A DNA stretch of 64,000 nucleotides from Gemmatimonadota bacterium (GTDB lineage: Bacteria > Gemmatimonadota > Gemmatimonadetes > Palauibacterales > Palauibacteraceae), in the NCBI GenBank assembly GCA_963666735.1, contig OY762926.1, positions 3,520,001 to 3,584,000 on the forward strand. The letters run 5' to 3'. The translations under genes and the position numbers were made by a program. Below the pieces are notes generated by a model. It worked only from the letters and a program-made list of their open reading frames with translations, made no database searches and was not told the DNA's origin. This document shows positions 38,862 through 49,331 of this stretch, piece after piece (within the stretch, counting starts at the first letter, position 1; every line of letters begins with the position of its first letter).

Positions 38862-40109
38862 ATGAATCCGAGCAATCTACAAGTCAATCGTGAGGGCGGT
38901 CACATTCGCATCGTCGGCGACCTGGTCCCGGGCTCGTTCCGGCCTGTCCTGGCGGCACTGCACCAAGCTACGCGAGTCAAGGGGTTCGAGGATGTCAAGC
39001 TGGACTTCTCCGACACCACGCTCGCGTTCCCCGGACCGATGCTTGCGGTGCTCGCGACATGCGGGCGGCTGCGCGACGAGCTCGACGTGGATCTTACCGT
39101 GATTCGTCCCACGGAAGGAAGGTTGCGGCGCCTGTTTTCCAACGCCAACTGGGCGCACCTGGCAGCTCCGCGGAAGTTCGAGAGGTCGACGTGGCAACCC
39201 ACCGATGTTTTGCCGGCGCGGCGGTTTACATCCCCGGAGGAACAGGAGGAGATCGTACGTCAAATCAATGACGCGATACTCTCTTCCTCGGCCGAACTGA
39301 CGAGACGGGACTTGGCCGCATTCGAATGGACGGTGTTCGAGGTTGTGGACAACGTACTTCGGCATGCGGATTGTTCCCAAGGGGGACTTGTTCAACTGAG
39401 TCAGTATCCGGCAAGGCAGCAGTTGGAGTTCGTCGTCGCAGACGGGGGCCGGGGGATCCCACGCGCGATGAGAACGACGAGGCCTGGAATATCCGACGTT
39501 GAAGCTCTCGAACTCTCCATTGAGCGCGGGATCACCAGTACCGCCGAGGGAATGGGGCACGGTCTGTTCGGCACCCACCAAGCCTCGAACGTGGGTACGG
39601 GCACCTTCGCCATTCACTCCGGTTACGCCAGTATCGGCTCCGAGTCCGGCGCCCGCGACGAGAGCACCCCCGTCAGCGGCACGCTCGTGATTGTCCGATT
39701 GGACTACTCGGAGCCGGAGGCGTTGTGGCGCGCCCTCGAGAATCCAGAGCGGCTTGACTCAGCCGATTACGTGGAGCTTCGCTACGAAGACGCGACCGAC
39801 GACGTTCTCAACTTCGTCGTTAGGAAGGAAGCTGGTTCGGTGGGGTCGCGGTTCTCGGGGAGATCGACCCGCACGAAGATCGAGAATCTCATGACGATGT
39901 ACCCGGATTATCCAATCAACGTGGACTTCGACGGTGTATCCATCGTTTCCAGCAGCTTTGCTGACGAGTTTCTCGGCAAGCTCTTCGTGCGGATCGGGGC
40001 GCTGCGATTCATGAACGCGATCCGGCTGAGAGGCGTCTGTCCGACGGTGCGTTCCGTGGTCGATCAGGCGATCTTCCAAAGAGTCAAGCACGACGCGGAG
40101 ACCGGCTGA
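38862..40109 (+). CDS. STAS-like / HATPase_c / DUF4325 (STAS-like) fusion protein
   Basis: EVVDNVLRHA N-box, VADGGRGIP G1, GMGHGL G2, C-terminal VDFDGVSIVSSSFADEFLGKL; visibly more A/T than flanks. Confidence 0.8.
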   Translation: MNPSNLQVNREGGHIRIVGDLVPGSFRPVLAALHQATRVKGFEDVKLDFSDTTLAFPGPMLAVLATCGRLRDELDVDLTVIRPTEGRLRRLFSNANWAHLAAPRKFERSTWQPTDVLPARRFTSPEEQEEIVRQINDAILSSSAELTRRDLAAFEWTVFEVVDNVLRHADCSQGGLVQLSQYPARQQLEFVVADGGRGIPRAMRTTRPGISDVEALELSIERGITSTAEGMGHGLFGTHQASNVGTGTFAIHSGYASIGSESGARDESTPVSGTLVIVRLDYSEPEALWRALENPERLDSADYVELRYEDATDDVLNFVVRKEAGSVGSRFSGRSTRTKIENLMTMYPDYPINVDFDGVSIVSSSFADEFLGKLFVRIGALRFMNAIRLRGVCPTVRSVVDQAIFQRVKHDAETG

Positions 40110-40180
40110 CTACACGCGACCGGCGGGTAACCCAATCCGGGCGCAGAAGTTCCGCTTGCGGAGCATCGTTCGCACGGTCC

Positions 40181-40198
40181 AGCTTGAACGTTCAAGCT
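40181..40198. promoter_or_regulatory. Perfect 18-bp palindrome, putative operator
   Basis: AGCTTGAACGTTCAAGCT, 25 nt upstream of the peptidase ATG. Confidence 0.6.
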
Positions 40199-40223
40199 CG
40201 CCCCCCCGTCCAGGAGCCAGACC

Positions 40224-42848
40224 ATGAGGGTCTTCCACCATCTTCGTTCCGCCCTGCCGTCGCTCTTGCTGGCGATCTCGGCCGCCACGGTGTCTCCGGT
40301 CGCGGCTCAGAACGCGTCCGATGAGACGCCGGGGCTCGACATCCCGCAGGGGTACATCCTGCCCGATGCGACGGTGCGGGACCTCTTCGCGACCGACCCG
40401 AACTACGCGACGCTGGACCAACTGAGTCCGGACGGCGATCACTTCGTCGTGCCGCGCTCCACGGAACTTTCGACGCTGGCCGAGGTGGGGGAAGAGACGC
40501 TGCGTCTGGGGATGCTGGAACTGCGGGCGCGCGCGGACCGCCCGTGGCACCTCGACATCTACGGCCTGTACGGCTTCCGCTTCTACTCGCTGAGCGAGCG
40601 CGCCTACATCGATGTGGACTTGCCGGACGGGATGTACGTGAGCGACCTCATGTGGTCGCCGGATGGATCGCGCCTCGCCTTCCTGGCGCACCTCGAGGAG
40701 CGCACGGAGGTGTGGATCGCGAACACGGGCGACGGGAGCGTGACGCCGGCGGGTGACGCTCGCGTCATCGCGACGATCGGGACGTCGTCGCGCGGCCAGG
40801 GATCGGCGCCCTCGCGCATGCTGCAGTGGACGCCCTCGGGCTCGATTCTCACGCTGGCGGCCCCGGCGGACCGCGGATCCCCGCCGCCGGCTCCGGCGCT
40901 GCCGCCGGGACCGACGATCCGTCACACGCGGGCGGAGGCGACGCCTACGCGCACGATGCCTTTCCTGCTCGAGGACGAGCACGGCGCGGACCTGTTCGAG
41001 TACTACACGCGCAGTCAGATTGTGGAGTTGACGCCCGGCGGGTCGCCGCGGCCGGTCGGCGAGCCGGGCATGTACGAGTCGCTGTCGGTGAGTCCCGACG
41101 GACGTCATGTGATGGCGACGCGCCTCGCGCGGCCGTTCTCCTACATTGCGAGTTACACGGGCTTCCCGCGCGTCACCGAGGTCATCGAGGTGGAGACCGG
41201 TGACGTGCTGGCCACGCTGGAGGAGCGCGAACTGCGGGAGAGCGGGCGTGGCGGCGGGCCGGGCGGAGGAGCGGGCAACGACCCGCGCGCCTGGACGTGG
41301 CGTCCGGACGGGAGCGGGATCTCCTATTTGCAGCGCGCGGAGGCCGAAGACGACGGGGCCGGGGACGACGGCGGGGACGGCGGAGAGGGGCAGGACGAAC
41401 GGCCCGACCGCATCATGCTGCTGCGCGCCCCGTTCGGCGACGGCGATGCGGAGGTCGTCGCGACGAGCGATGATCGGATCTCGGGCGTCACCTACTCCGC
41501 GGACGGCCGCCACGCCTTCGCCGACGTGCGGCGCGATGGCGATGCCGCGCTCGTGCACTACGGGCTGGGCGGGAGCGACCCGGAGGGGCACACTCTCGTC
41601 CCCTTCCACGATCCCGGCGACGCGCTCGAACTGCCGGGCGACCTCCTCACGGCCCGCACCGGGAACGGGATCGAGTACGCGTGGATGTCCTCCGGCGGGG
41701 CGAGCGCCCACCTGCGCGGCGACGGATGGAAGGAGGACTTCCGGCCGCAGCCCTTCGTCGACCGGGTGTCGATTCCCGAGGGGGCCACGGAGCGCCTGTT
41801 CGAGGGGTCGCGCGACAGCTTCGACCGGCCGCTGGTCCCGCTCGACGCCGACCTGGAGCGCATGGTCGTGAGCCGGGAGGGGAAGAACACGTTCCCGGAC
41901 AGCTACCTGTGGAGCCGCGGCGGCGGTATGGAGAACCTGACGCGGAACGTGGACCCGTTCCCGCAACTCACCGCCGCGCGCCGTATCGACTTCGAGTTCA
42001 CCCGCCGCGACGGGCTCGAAATACAGGGGCGGGTGTCGCTGCCGGTCGGCTACGTCGAAGGCACGCGGGTGCCCGCCATCTTCTGGACCTATCCCCGCGA
42101 ATACCGGAGCGAGGACGACTTCGACAACGCGACGATTCGCGCGCGGAACCACAACGCCCATACGCACCTCACCTGGCTGCGCTGGTCCGACATCTGGCTC
42201 ACGCAGGGATACGCGCTCGTCTATCCCGACATCCCGATCGTGGGCGAGAACTACAACGACTACTACATCTCGAACATGGTCGACGGGATGTACGCGGCGA
42301 TGCGCGCGGTCGACGCGCTCGGCGTCATCGACATGGACCGGATCGGGCACGGGGGGCACAGCTACGGCGCCTTCGCGACGGCGAACTTCCTCGCCCACAC
42401 GCCTTTCTTCAGGGCGGGGATCGCGGGGGACGGGGCCTACAACCGCTCGCTCACGCCGATGGGGTTCCAGGCCGAGCCGCGCGACATCTGGGAGGCGCCG
42501 CATATCTACATGGAGATGTCCCCGTTCTTCAAGGCGGACCAGATCAACACCCCGCTCCTCCTGTACCACGGAGCGGACGACAACAACTCCGGCACCTATC
42601 CCATCCAGTCGAGGCGGATGATCCAGGCGCTCACCGGGCTCGGGAAGACGGCGGCGCTGTTCGAATACCCGTTCGAGTCGCACACGCCGCGCGCGATCGA
42701 GAACAACCTCGACATGTGGGCGCGCTGGATCGACTGGTTCGACCGCTACGTGAAGGGCGCCGGGGCGGGGGACGCGCGCACGACGACCGACGGCGGTCGC
42801 GGGGGAGACGGCGGCGCTCCGATGGGCCCGGGCGAGACCGGGGAGTAG
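40224..42848 (+). CDS. S9-family (prolyl oligopeptidase-like) secreted peptidase
   Basis: Signal peptide, beta-propeller WSPDG repeats, GGHSYG, DDNNSGT, ESH triad. Confidence 0.92.
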   Translation: MRVFHHLRSALPSLLLAISAATVSPVAAQNASDETPGLDIPQGYILPDATVRDLFATDPNYATLDQLSPDGDHFVVPRSTELSTLAEVGEETLRLGMLELRARADRPWHLDIYGLYGFRFYSLSERAYIDVDLPDGMYVSDLMWSPDGSRLAFLAHLEERTEVWIANTGDGSVTPAGDARVIATIGTSSRGQGSAPSRMLQWTPSGSILTLAAPADRGSPPPAPALPPGPTIRHTRAEATPTRTMPFLLEDEHGADLFEYYTRSQIVELTPGGSPRPVGEPGMYESLSVSPDGRHVMATRLARPFSYIASYTGFPRVTEVIEVETGDVLATLEERELRESGRGGGPGGGAGNDPRAWTWRPDGSGISYLQRAEAEDDGAGDDGGDGGEGQDERPDRIMLLRAPFGDGDAEVVATSDDRISGVTYSADGRHAFADVRRDGDAALVHYGLGGSDPEGHTLVPFHDPGDALELPGDLLTARTGNGIEYAWMSSGGASAHLRGDGWKEDFRPQPFVDRVSIPEGATERLFEGSRDSFDRPLVPLDADLERMVVSREGKNTFPDSYLWSRGGGMENLTRNVDPFPQLTAARRIDFEFTRRDGLEIQGRVSLPVGYVEGTRVPAIFWTYPREYRSEDDFDNATIRARNHNAHTHLTWLRWSDIWLTQGYALVYPDIPIVGENYNDYYISNMVDGMYAAMRAVDALGVIDMDRIGHGGHSYGAFATANFLAHTPFFRAGIAGDGAYNRSLTPMGFQAEPRDIWEAPHIYMEMSPFFKADQINTPLLLYHGADDNNSGTYPIQSRRMIQALTGLGKTAALFEYPFESHTPRAIENNLDMWARWIDWFDRYVKGAGAGDARTTTDGGRGGDGGAPMGPGETGE

Positions 42849-42860
42849 GGGAGCAGCGCC

Positions 42861-43649
42861 GTGTGGGGAGCGATCATCGGAGACATCGTGGGCTCCGTGT
42901 ACGAGGGACGAGGGAAGAAGATCAAGACCAGGGACTTCGACTTCTTCAAGCCGTACTGCCGATACACGGACGACTCCGTGTGTACGGCCGCGGTCGCGGA
43001 GATTCTGCTGGATGACCGGCCCGCCGCATCGACGATGCAGCGATGGTGCAGGCGCCATCCGCGGCGTGGCTACGGAGGTTGGTTCGGACACTGGATCCAC
43101 GATGCGGACCCCCGGCCCTACTGGAGCTTCGGGAACGGGGCGGCCATGCGCGTGGCGCCCGCAGCGGTTGTGAACCGCGACCGCTCGACCGAAGAGGCGC
43201 TCGCGGACGCGGATCGGGTTACGGCCATCACGCACAATCATCCCGAGGGTTACCGGGGGGCGCAGGCGACGACGCGCGCCATCTGGCTCGCCCTCCAGGG
43301 CGGGGGTCCGGCCGAGATCCGTGCCAGGATCACGAAGGAGTTCGGATACGATCTCTCGCGGTCCGTGGACGAGATTCGTCCCGGTTACCGGTTCGACGTG
43401 ACATGCCAGGGAACGGTGCCGGAAGCGATCACCTGCGCGCTCGAATCGGAGAGCTTCGAAGACGCGGTGCGCAACGCGGTGTCCCTGGGCGGCGACTCCG
43501 ACACGCTCGCGGCCATCGCGGGGCCGGTCGCCGAGGCGATGCACGGCCTTCCGGAGGACATGATTGCGGAGGCGAAGACGCGGTATCTTTCCGAGGCGCC
43601 GGATATCGTCGACGTGATGGAGAGAATGCGGGAGGCGGCATGCGGGTGA
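42861..43649 (+). CDS. ADP-ribosylglycohydrolase (DraG family)
   Basis: GAIIGDIVGS.YE, TDDS, GNGAAMR, THNHP, GGDSDT. Confidence 0.93.
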   Translation: MWGAIIGDIVGSVYEGRGKKIKTRDFDFFKPYCRYTDDSVCTAAVAEILLDDRPAASTMQRWCRRHPRRGYGGWFGHWIHDADPRPYWSFGNGAAMRVAPAAVVNRDRSTEEALADADRVTAITHNHPEGYRGAQATTRAIWLALQGGGPAEIRARITKEFGYDLSRSVDEIRPGYRFDVTCQGTVPEAITCALESESFEDAVRNAVSLGGDSDTLAAIAGPVAEAMHGLPEDMIAEAKTRYLSEAPDIVDVMERMREAACG

Positions 43650-44272
43650 AGCCGCTTCCGGCTGCGGCGCTGGGTCTTCTTGTCGGCGGCGTCGTGGGCG
43701 GCGCCGCCGGAACCGCACTGGGTGGCTTCGGCGGGTTCGGCCGCGGGAGTGCGGAAGGCGGCGGCGCGACTGCGGACATCCTCGCGGGGATGGCCGAGCG
43801 GCAGGACGAGCGTCTCGGACAACTCGCGCAGGCCGCGGATGAATCCTCGCAACTGCAGCGCGAACTCGCGCTCGCCCTCTTCTATCGCCTGCAGGAGTTC
43901 CGGCGCTTCGGGCTAGAGGGCCAGATCGTGACCTGGATCGTACCCGGTGCGTCGGCGGGCTCCGCCGACCCGCTCGGCGGCTCGCTGGCCGGAGCCTTGC
44001 GCCTGCCCCAGTTGGCCGCGGACGCGGCGACGCGGGCGGAGTGGCGCGCCGTCTCCGAACGTCTCGCCTCGATCGGGGCCGAGGTGGACCCCACCGTGTT
44101 CTCCGCTTTCGAGGACGTGCTGGAGTTCGTCGACGCGCGCCCGTGGCCCGAAAGTTCGGGGCTCGCGGCGGCGGCCGCCTCCGGCTGGACGGATCCCGCC
44201 ACGGTAGAGATGTGGCTGTCCCTGAACCGGGCCCTCGTCGGCCGCGCGGATGCCATCCTCTCCGGATTCTGA
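43640..44272 (+). CDS. Hypothetical membrane-anchored protein
   Basis: N-terminal hydrophobic Gly-rich helix; overlaps both neighbours. Confidence 0.55.
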   Translation: MRVKPLPAAALGLLVGGVVGGAAGTALGGFGGFGRGSAEGGGATADILAGMAERQDERLGQLAQAADESSQLQRELALALFYRLQEFRRFGLEGQIVTWIVPGASAGSADPLGGSLAGALRLPQLAADAATRAEWRAVSERLASIGAEVDPTVFSAFEDVLEFVDARPWPESSGLAAAAASGWTDPATVEMWLSLNRALVGRADAILSGF

Positions 44273-47200
44273 CCGCCTCTTCCCGGCTCCGGTCGTCGCC
44301 TGCCTGCTTCTGGCCACCGCCGCCGCCTGCGGTCCGGCGGACTTCTCCGCGCCCGCGCAGCCCGACGCATGGACGGAGGTGGCGGGCGCCCGCTGGCGGC
44401 CCCTCGCGGTGGAGGGTGGCAACGCCGGGTTCTCGGCGGTACCGCCCTCCTGGTCCGGGGTCGACTTCGGCAACGTGCTCTCGGACGCGAGCTTCCTCGA
44501 GAACCAGATGCGCGGCAACGGCTCGGGGGTGGCGGCGGGCGACGTGAACGGGGACGGCCGGCCCGACATCTACCTGGCCCGCCTCGAGGGCCCGAACGCC
44601 CTCTACATCAACCTCGGGGACTGGCGGTTCCGTGAGACGGCCGCGGAGAGCGGGGTCGCGGCGGGGGACCGCTTCTCGACCGGCGCCGTCTTCGCGGACG
44701 TGGACGGAGACGGCGACCTCGACCTCCTGCTCACCTCCATCGAGGGCCCGAAGTCTCTCTTTCTCAACGACGGAGCGGGGCGGTTCGCGGAGGCACGGGC
44801 GGCCGGACTCCTGGACTCGCGCGGGGGGATGTCGAGCGCGCTGGCCGACATCGACGGAGACGGGGATCTCGACCTTTACCTGACGCGGTACAAGAGCCGC
44901 TCCGTGCTCGATCTCTTCCCCGGGGACGAGGTCGCCTTCCCCAACACGGTGCGGCGCGCGGATCAGGGGTTCGAGGTCGTGGGGCGCTTCGCCGACCACT
45001 ACGAGCTGGCGTGGCGGGCGGACGGTGTCGTGCGGCTCGAAAGGGGGGAGGCCGACGAACTCTATCTGAACGAGTTCAACGAAGGCGGCGGCGAAGACGG
45101 CGGCGGCTTCCGGCACGTCCCGTTCTCCTCCGATGCCTTCCTCGACGCCGACGGCACGCCGCTGGCGGCCGCCCCGGCCGAGTGGGGGCTGGCGGCCCGC
45201 TTCGGGGATCTGGACGGAGACGGGGATCCGGACCTCTACGTCGCGAACGACCTGCACAGCCCCGACCGGCTGTGGATCAACCGGGGGGACGGCACCTTCC
45301 GCCTTCCGCCGCCCCACGCGCTGCCCACGACGAGCGCCTCCTCCATGGCGGTGGACTTCTCGGACGTCGACCGGGACGGGGATGCGGATGTCTTCGTGCT
45401 CGACATGCTGGCCCGCGACTCGCGCGCGAGGAAGACGCAGGACCCGGTGTCGCGCGTGGAGCACACGCCGCCGGGCGAGGCCGCCGGGGCGCAGCAGGTG
45501 AACCGCAACACGCTGCTCGCGAACCGCGGGGACGGCACCTGGGCGGAGATCGGGCGCCAGGCGGGCGTCGAGGCGTCCGGGTGGTCGTGGTCCGCGCTCT
45601 TCCTCGACGCGGACCTGGACGGATTCGAGGATCTGCTCATCCCGAACGGCCACATCCGGGACCTCATGGACGCGGACACCCAGATCTCGATCCGGGAGGC
45701 GGGCCTCTCGGGCGAGCGCGAATCCACCCTACTGTACCGTCCTCTGCCGCTGCGCAACGTGGCCTTCCGAAACCTGGGCGGGACCGGCTTCGAGGAGGTG
45801 GGCCGGGCGTGGGGCGTGGCGCCGGAGCCGGACGTGTCGCACGGGGCGGCGCTGGCGGACTTCGACGGGGACGGAGACCTGGACGCGGTCGTGAACCGGC
45901 TCGACCGCCAGGCCCTGCTGCTGCGTAACGACGCCGCGGCCCCCCGGCTCGCCGTCCGCCTGCGGGGGGAGGCGCCGAACACGGCCGGGATCGGGGCGAT
46001 GGTGTGGCTGGAGGTCCCGGGACTCCCCCGCCAGACGAAGGAGGTCGCGGCGGGCGGCGGCTATCTCTCGGGTTCGGAGGCGCTCGTCTCGTTCGCGATG
46101 GGGGACGCCGCCGAGGCCACGCTCGGCGTGGACTGGCGCGGCGGAGCCCGGTCGGCGGTGCGGGTCGAGGGCGCGAACCGGCTGTACGAGGTGTTCGAGC
46201 CGGAGGCGTCCGGGCCGCAGGCGGCGGCCGACGGCGGTGCGGGGGCAGGCACGGGGGCGGCGGTCTCCGGCGCCGCACCCTCTCCGGACGCGGCGATGCA
46301 GCCGCCGTGGTTCGAACTCGACGAGGGCTTCGGGCCGATCCACGACGAGCCGCCCTTCGCCGAGGCGGCGCGGCAGCCGCTCCTCCCGCTGCGCCTGTCG
46401 CGGATGGGGCCCAGCGTCGCGTGGCACGATCTGGACGGCGACGGGGATCCCGACCTGCTCATGGGGTCGGGGGCGAACGCGGCGCCGGCGCTGTTCCGGA
46501 ACGACGGGGGGACGCTGGTCCGGGTGACGCTGGCGGGGCCGCGGGCACCCGTCGACCAGGTGGCGGTGATCCCGCTCCCGGCGGCGGACACCGTCAGGGT
46601 GCTGCTCGGGCTGTCGAGCTACGAAGCGCCGCCGGCCGAGGTGACGCAGGTGCCGGCGGTCGTGTCCGCCGAATGGCCGGGAGCCGCCATGACGGGTGTG
46701 GCGGTGACGCCGGTCAACCGCGGCGTCGCGCCGGGGGCATCGGGCGCGGTGGGCCCGCTGGCCGTCGCCGACTACGACCTCGACGGACGGCTCGATCTTT
46801 TCGCGGGCTCGCGGGTCGTGCCGGGCGGCTACCCGCTCGCAGGCCCCTCCCGGCTCTTCCGGGGCCGCCCGGGCGGCGGCTTCGAGGAGGACCGGCGGGA
46901 CGCGGCGGTCTTCGAGCGTCTCGGCATGGTGACCGGCTCCGTGTTCACGGACTACGACGCGGACGGCGACCCGGATCTCGCACTCTCCATCGACTGGGGC
47001 CCCGTCCGGCTGCTGCGGAACGACCGGGGGCGGTTCTCCGACGTGACGCGGGAGGTCGGCCTGTCCGGGCACGCCGGGCGCTGGAACGGCGTGTCCGCGG
47101 GCGACTTCGACGGGGACGGACGTCCGGACCTGGTGGCGGTGTCATGGGGAGACAACACCGAGTACCGCCCCGCAGACGGGGCCCCGCTCGAACTCCATTT

Positions 47201-48050
47201 CGGCGACGTGGACCGCAACGGCACCCTCGACCTCGTGGAAGCGCAGCGGGACGAGCGCCTCGGCGCGGCGGCGCCGCTGGCTTCGCTGGGTCGTCTCGCC
47301 GAACACATCCCTCTCGTCGACGAGCGCATGCCGACGCGAGCGGTTTACGCGGAAGCGGATCTGGAGGAGGCGCTGGGCTCCCGGCCGGAGGGACGGCTGG
47401 AGGCGACGGAACTCCGGCACATGGTGTTTCTGAACCGGGGCGACCGCTTCGAGGCGGCCCCGCTGCCGCGGGAGGCGCAGCAGGCTCCTTCGCTGGGACT
47501 CCTGGTGGCGGACGCGAACGGGGACGGTCGCGAGGACCTGTTCCTGTCCCAGAACTTCTTCGCCACCGACGAGGACACGCCGCGCTACGACGCGGGCCGC
47601 GGACTGTGGCTGGAGGGGGATGGACGCGGCGGGTTCCGTCCGGTGCCGGGGCAGGAGTCGGGCGTCGCCGCCTACGGCGACCAGCGCGGCGCCGCGGCCG
47701 CGGACATCGACGGCGACGGCCGCCTCGATTTCGTGCTCGGGATCAACGGCGGTCCGGCGCGCCTGTTTCGCGGGAGCGGAAGCTCGCCGGGCCTGCGGGT
47801 GCGCCTCGCGGGACCGGCCGGAAATCCCCACGGAATCGGGGCCGTCCTGCGCGTGGTGTACGCCGACGGCCTCGGCCCCGCGCGCGAAGTGAGGGCGGGG
47901 TCCGGGACGGGCTCCCACGACGATCCGGTGCAGATCCTGGGCCTCGCGGCCGGTCCCATGGCCGTCGAAGTCCGGTGGCCCGGCGGTTTTGTCGAGCGCA
48001 TCGAGGTCCCCCCGGGCGCCCGAGAAATCAGGATCGGTTCGCAGCGGTGA
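44250..48050 (+). CDS. FG-GAP/VCBS repeat lipoprotein with ASPIC/UnbV domains (CRTAC1-like)
   Basis: Many DxDGDGDxDL repeats; two N..GIGA.(V/L)...(G.G) UnbV modules; lipobox AAAC. Confidence 0.9.
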   Translation: MPSSPDSDRLFPAPVVACLLLATAAACGPADFSAPAQPDAWTEVAGARWRPLAVEGGNAGFSAVPPSWSGVDFGNVLSDASFLENQMRGNGSGVAAGDVNGDGRPDIYLARLEGPNALYINLGDWRFRETAAESGVAAGDRFSTGAVFADVDGDGDLDLLLTSIEGPKSLFLNDGAGRFAEARAAGLLDSRGGMSSALADIDGDGDLDLYLTRYKSRSVLDLFPGDEVAFPNTVRRADQGFEVVGRFADHYELAWRADGVVRLERGEADELYLNEFNEGGGEDGGGFRHVPFSSDAFLDADGTPLAAAPAEWGLAARFGDLDGDGDPDLYVANDLHSPDRLWINRGDGTFRLPPPHALPTTSASSMAVDFSDVDRDGDADVFVLDMLARDSRARKTQDPVSRVEHTPPGEAAGAQQVNRNTLLANRGDGTWAEIGRQAGVEASGWSWSALFLDADLDGFEDLLIPNGHIRDLMDADTQISIREAGLSGERESTLLYRPLPLRNVAFRNLGGTGFEEVGRAWGVAPEPDVSHGAALADFDGDGDLDAVVNRLDRQALLLRNDAAAPRLAVRLRGEAPNTAGIGAMVWLEVPGLPRQTKEVAAGGGYLSGSEALVSFAMGDAAEATLGVDWRGGARSAVRVEGANRLYEVFEPEASGPQAAADGGAGAGTGAAVSGAAPSPDAAMQPPWFELDEGFGPIHDEPPFAEAARQPLLPLRLSRMGPSVAWHDLDGDGDPDLLMGSGANAAPALFRNDGGTLVRVTLAGPRAPVDQVAVIPLPAADTVRVLLGLSSYEAPPAEVTQVPAVVSAEWPGAAMTGVAVTPVNRGVAPGASGAVGPLAVADYDLDGRLDLFAGSRVVPGGYPLAGPSRLFRGRPGGGFEEDRRDAAVFERLGMVTGSVFTDYDADGDPDLALSIDWGPVRLLRNDRGRFSDVTREVGLSGHAGRWNGVSAGDFDGDGRPDLVAVSWGDNTEYRPADGAPLELHFGDVDRNGTLDLVEAQRDERLGAAAPLASLGRLAEHIPLVDERMPTRAVYAEADLEEALGSRPEGRLEATELRHMVFLNRGDRFEAAPLPREAQQAPSLGLLVADANGDGREDLFLSQNFFATDEDTPRYDAGRGLWLEGDGRGGFRPVPGQESGVAAYGDQRGAAAADIDGDGRLDFVLGINGGPARLFRGSGSSPGLRVRLAGPAGNPHGIGAVLRVVYADGLGPAREVRAGSGTGSHDDPVQILGLAAGPMAVEVRWPGGFVERIEVPPGAREIRIGSQR

Positions 48051-48094
48051 GTCCGGGCCGCGCCGGCGTCAGCCTCTCGGGCCATATGTCCGAT

Positions 48095-49331
48095 TGTACA
48101 AGCACGGTAATCACCTGACACCCGGCTTCGCCGAGGTCAGCGCTTCAGGCTGCGGTCTTCACCTCCTTTTTGGTTGACTTCTTCGGGGTCCTGGGCTTCC
48201 GGATCCCCTTCTTGAACACCTGGTAGGGCGTCCGCCCCTTCATGCCGCGGCCGCGGTGGGGTCGGTTCCGGTTGTAGGTCTCGATGTAGGCGTCGAGATC
48301 CTCCTGCATCTCGCTGACCGACTCGTACCAGGTGGTGCGCCCCTTCACCCTCAGGTGCTCGTCCAGGAGCGTGCGGTGGAAGCGTTCGATGTACCCGTTC
48401 GACTGCGGCCGGCCCACCTGCGTCCTCCGGTGCTCGATCTCCTCGAGCTGGAGGAACAGCTCGTAGGGGTGCCGGTCCTCCCGGCCGCGGAACTCGCGCC
48501 CGTTGTCGCTCAGGACCGTCTCGACCTTCACTCCGTGTTCCTCGAAGAAGGGCAGTACGTGGTTGTTCAGGATCTGGACGGCGGTCACGGGCATCTTCGA
48601 GGTGTAGAGCCGGGCCCACACGTGGCGGCTGAAGCAGCCCGGCACCGTCTGGATGTAGACCTTGCCCACCCCCTTCAGCGTGCCCGCGAAGAAGGTGTCC
48701 ACGGCCACGAGTTCGCCCGTCTTCTTCACCTCGATGTGACGCTCCCGGTACTCGGGGTCGAAGCGCTCCAGCGCCAGGATCTGCTCCTCGGTGAGCTCGA
48801 AGTCGCTCTCACGGACTGTCTTCTCCAGCCTGAGCAGCCGCTCGTGCCTCGTCTTGAGGCCGCCCTCGGATCCACACCCCGCGAACGCCGCCCGAGCTCA
48901 CCTGCACGCCGCGGAGCATCAGTTCGTCGGCCACCCGCTGTGCCCCGTGCGTCGGGTGCGCCAGGGCGTGGGCCAGGATCGCCTCCTCCACCTCCGAGGC
49001 GACCCGGTTCGGGTGAGGGCCTCGAGCCCCCGGCATGCGGTCCAGGAGACCTTCGGCCCCGTACACCTGGAAGTTCCTTCGGATCTCGTAGAACTGCTGT
49101 CGGCTGTAGCCCACGATCCGGCACGCCTTGGAGACGTTGCCCAGTTCCTGAGCGAGTTCTAGCAGCGACAGCTTGCGCCGAGCTATCTTCTCGGCCTGGA
49201 CGGTGGTCATTCTTCTCTCCTCCGTGGTTGTCGAGTTGTTTAGAGCACTTCTCAACTAACCTCGTTGGAGGCCGGGTGGCCACCGTCCCTTTTTTCAGGA
49301 GCAGCTGTCAGGTGATTACCGTATCAGAACA
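48095..49331 (-). mobile_element. IS481-family insertion sequence (1237 bp)
   Basis: 26-bp imperfect terminal IRs with TGT ends: tgtacaagcacggtaatcacctgaca (48095-48120) and tgtcaggtgattaccgtatcagaaca (49306-49331). Confidence 0.92.
48145..49210 (-). pseudogene. IS481 transposase, frameshifted near 48865
   Basis: N-terminal HTH (LGNVSKACRIVGYSRQQFY) and DDE core (VDTF, SDNGREF, IERFHRT) in different frames; removing one G from cgagggc restores IRGGLKTRHE. Confidence 0.88.

Noticed and set aside
40110..45653. 1847-aa minus-strand ORF, and similar long ORFs such as 275-3343, 18184-20112 and 60830-62728
   Set aside because: Antisense shadows of well-supported genes in high-GC DNA; Arg/Pro-rich with no motifs
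48855..48875. Programmed frameshift in the IS481 transposase
   Set aside because: No slippery heptamer, and IS481 transposases are normally single ORFs; mutation or sequencing error is more likely
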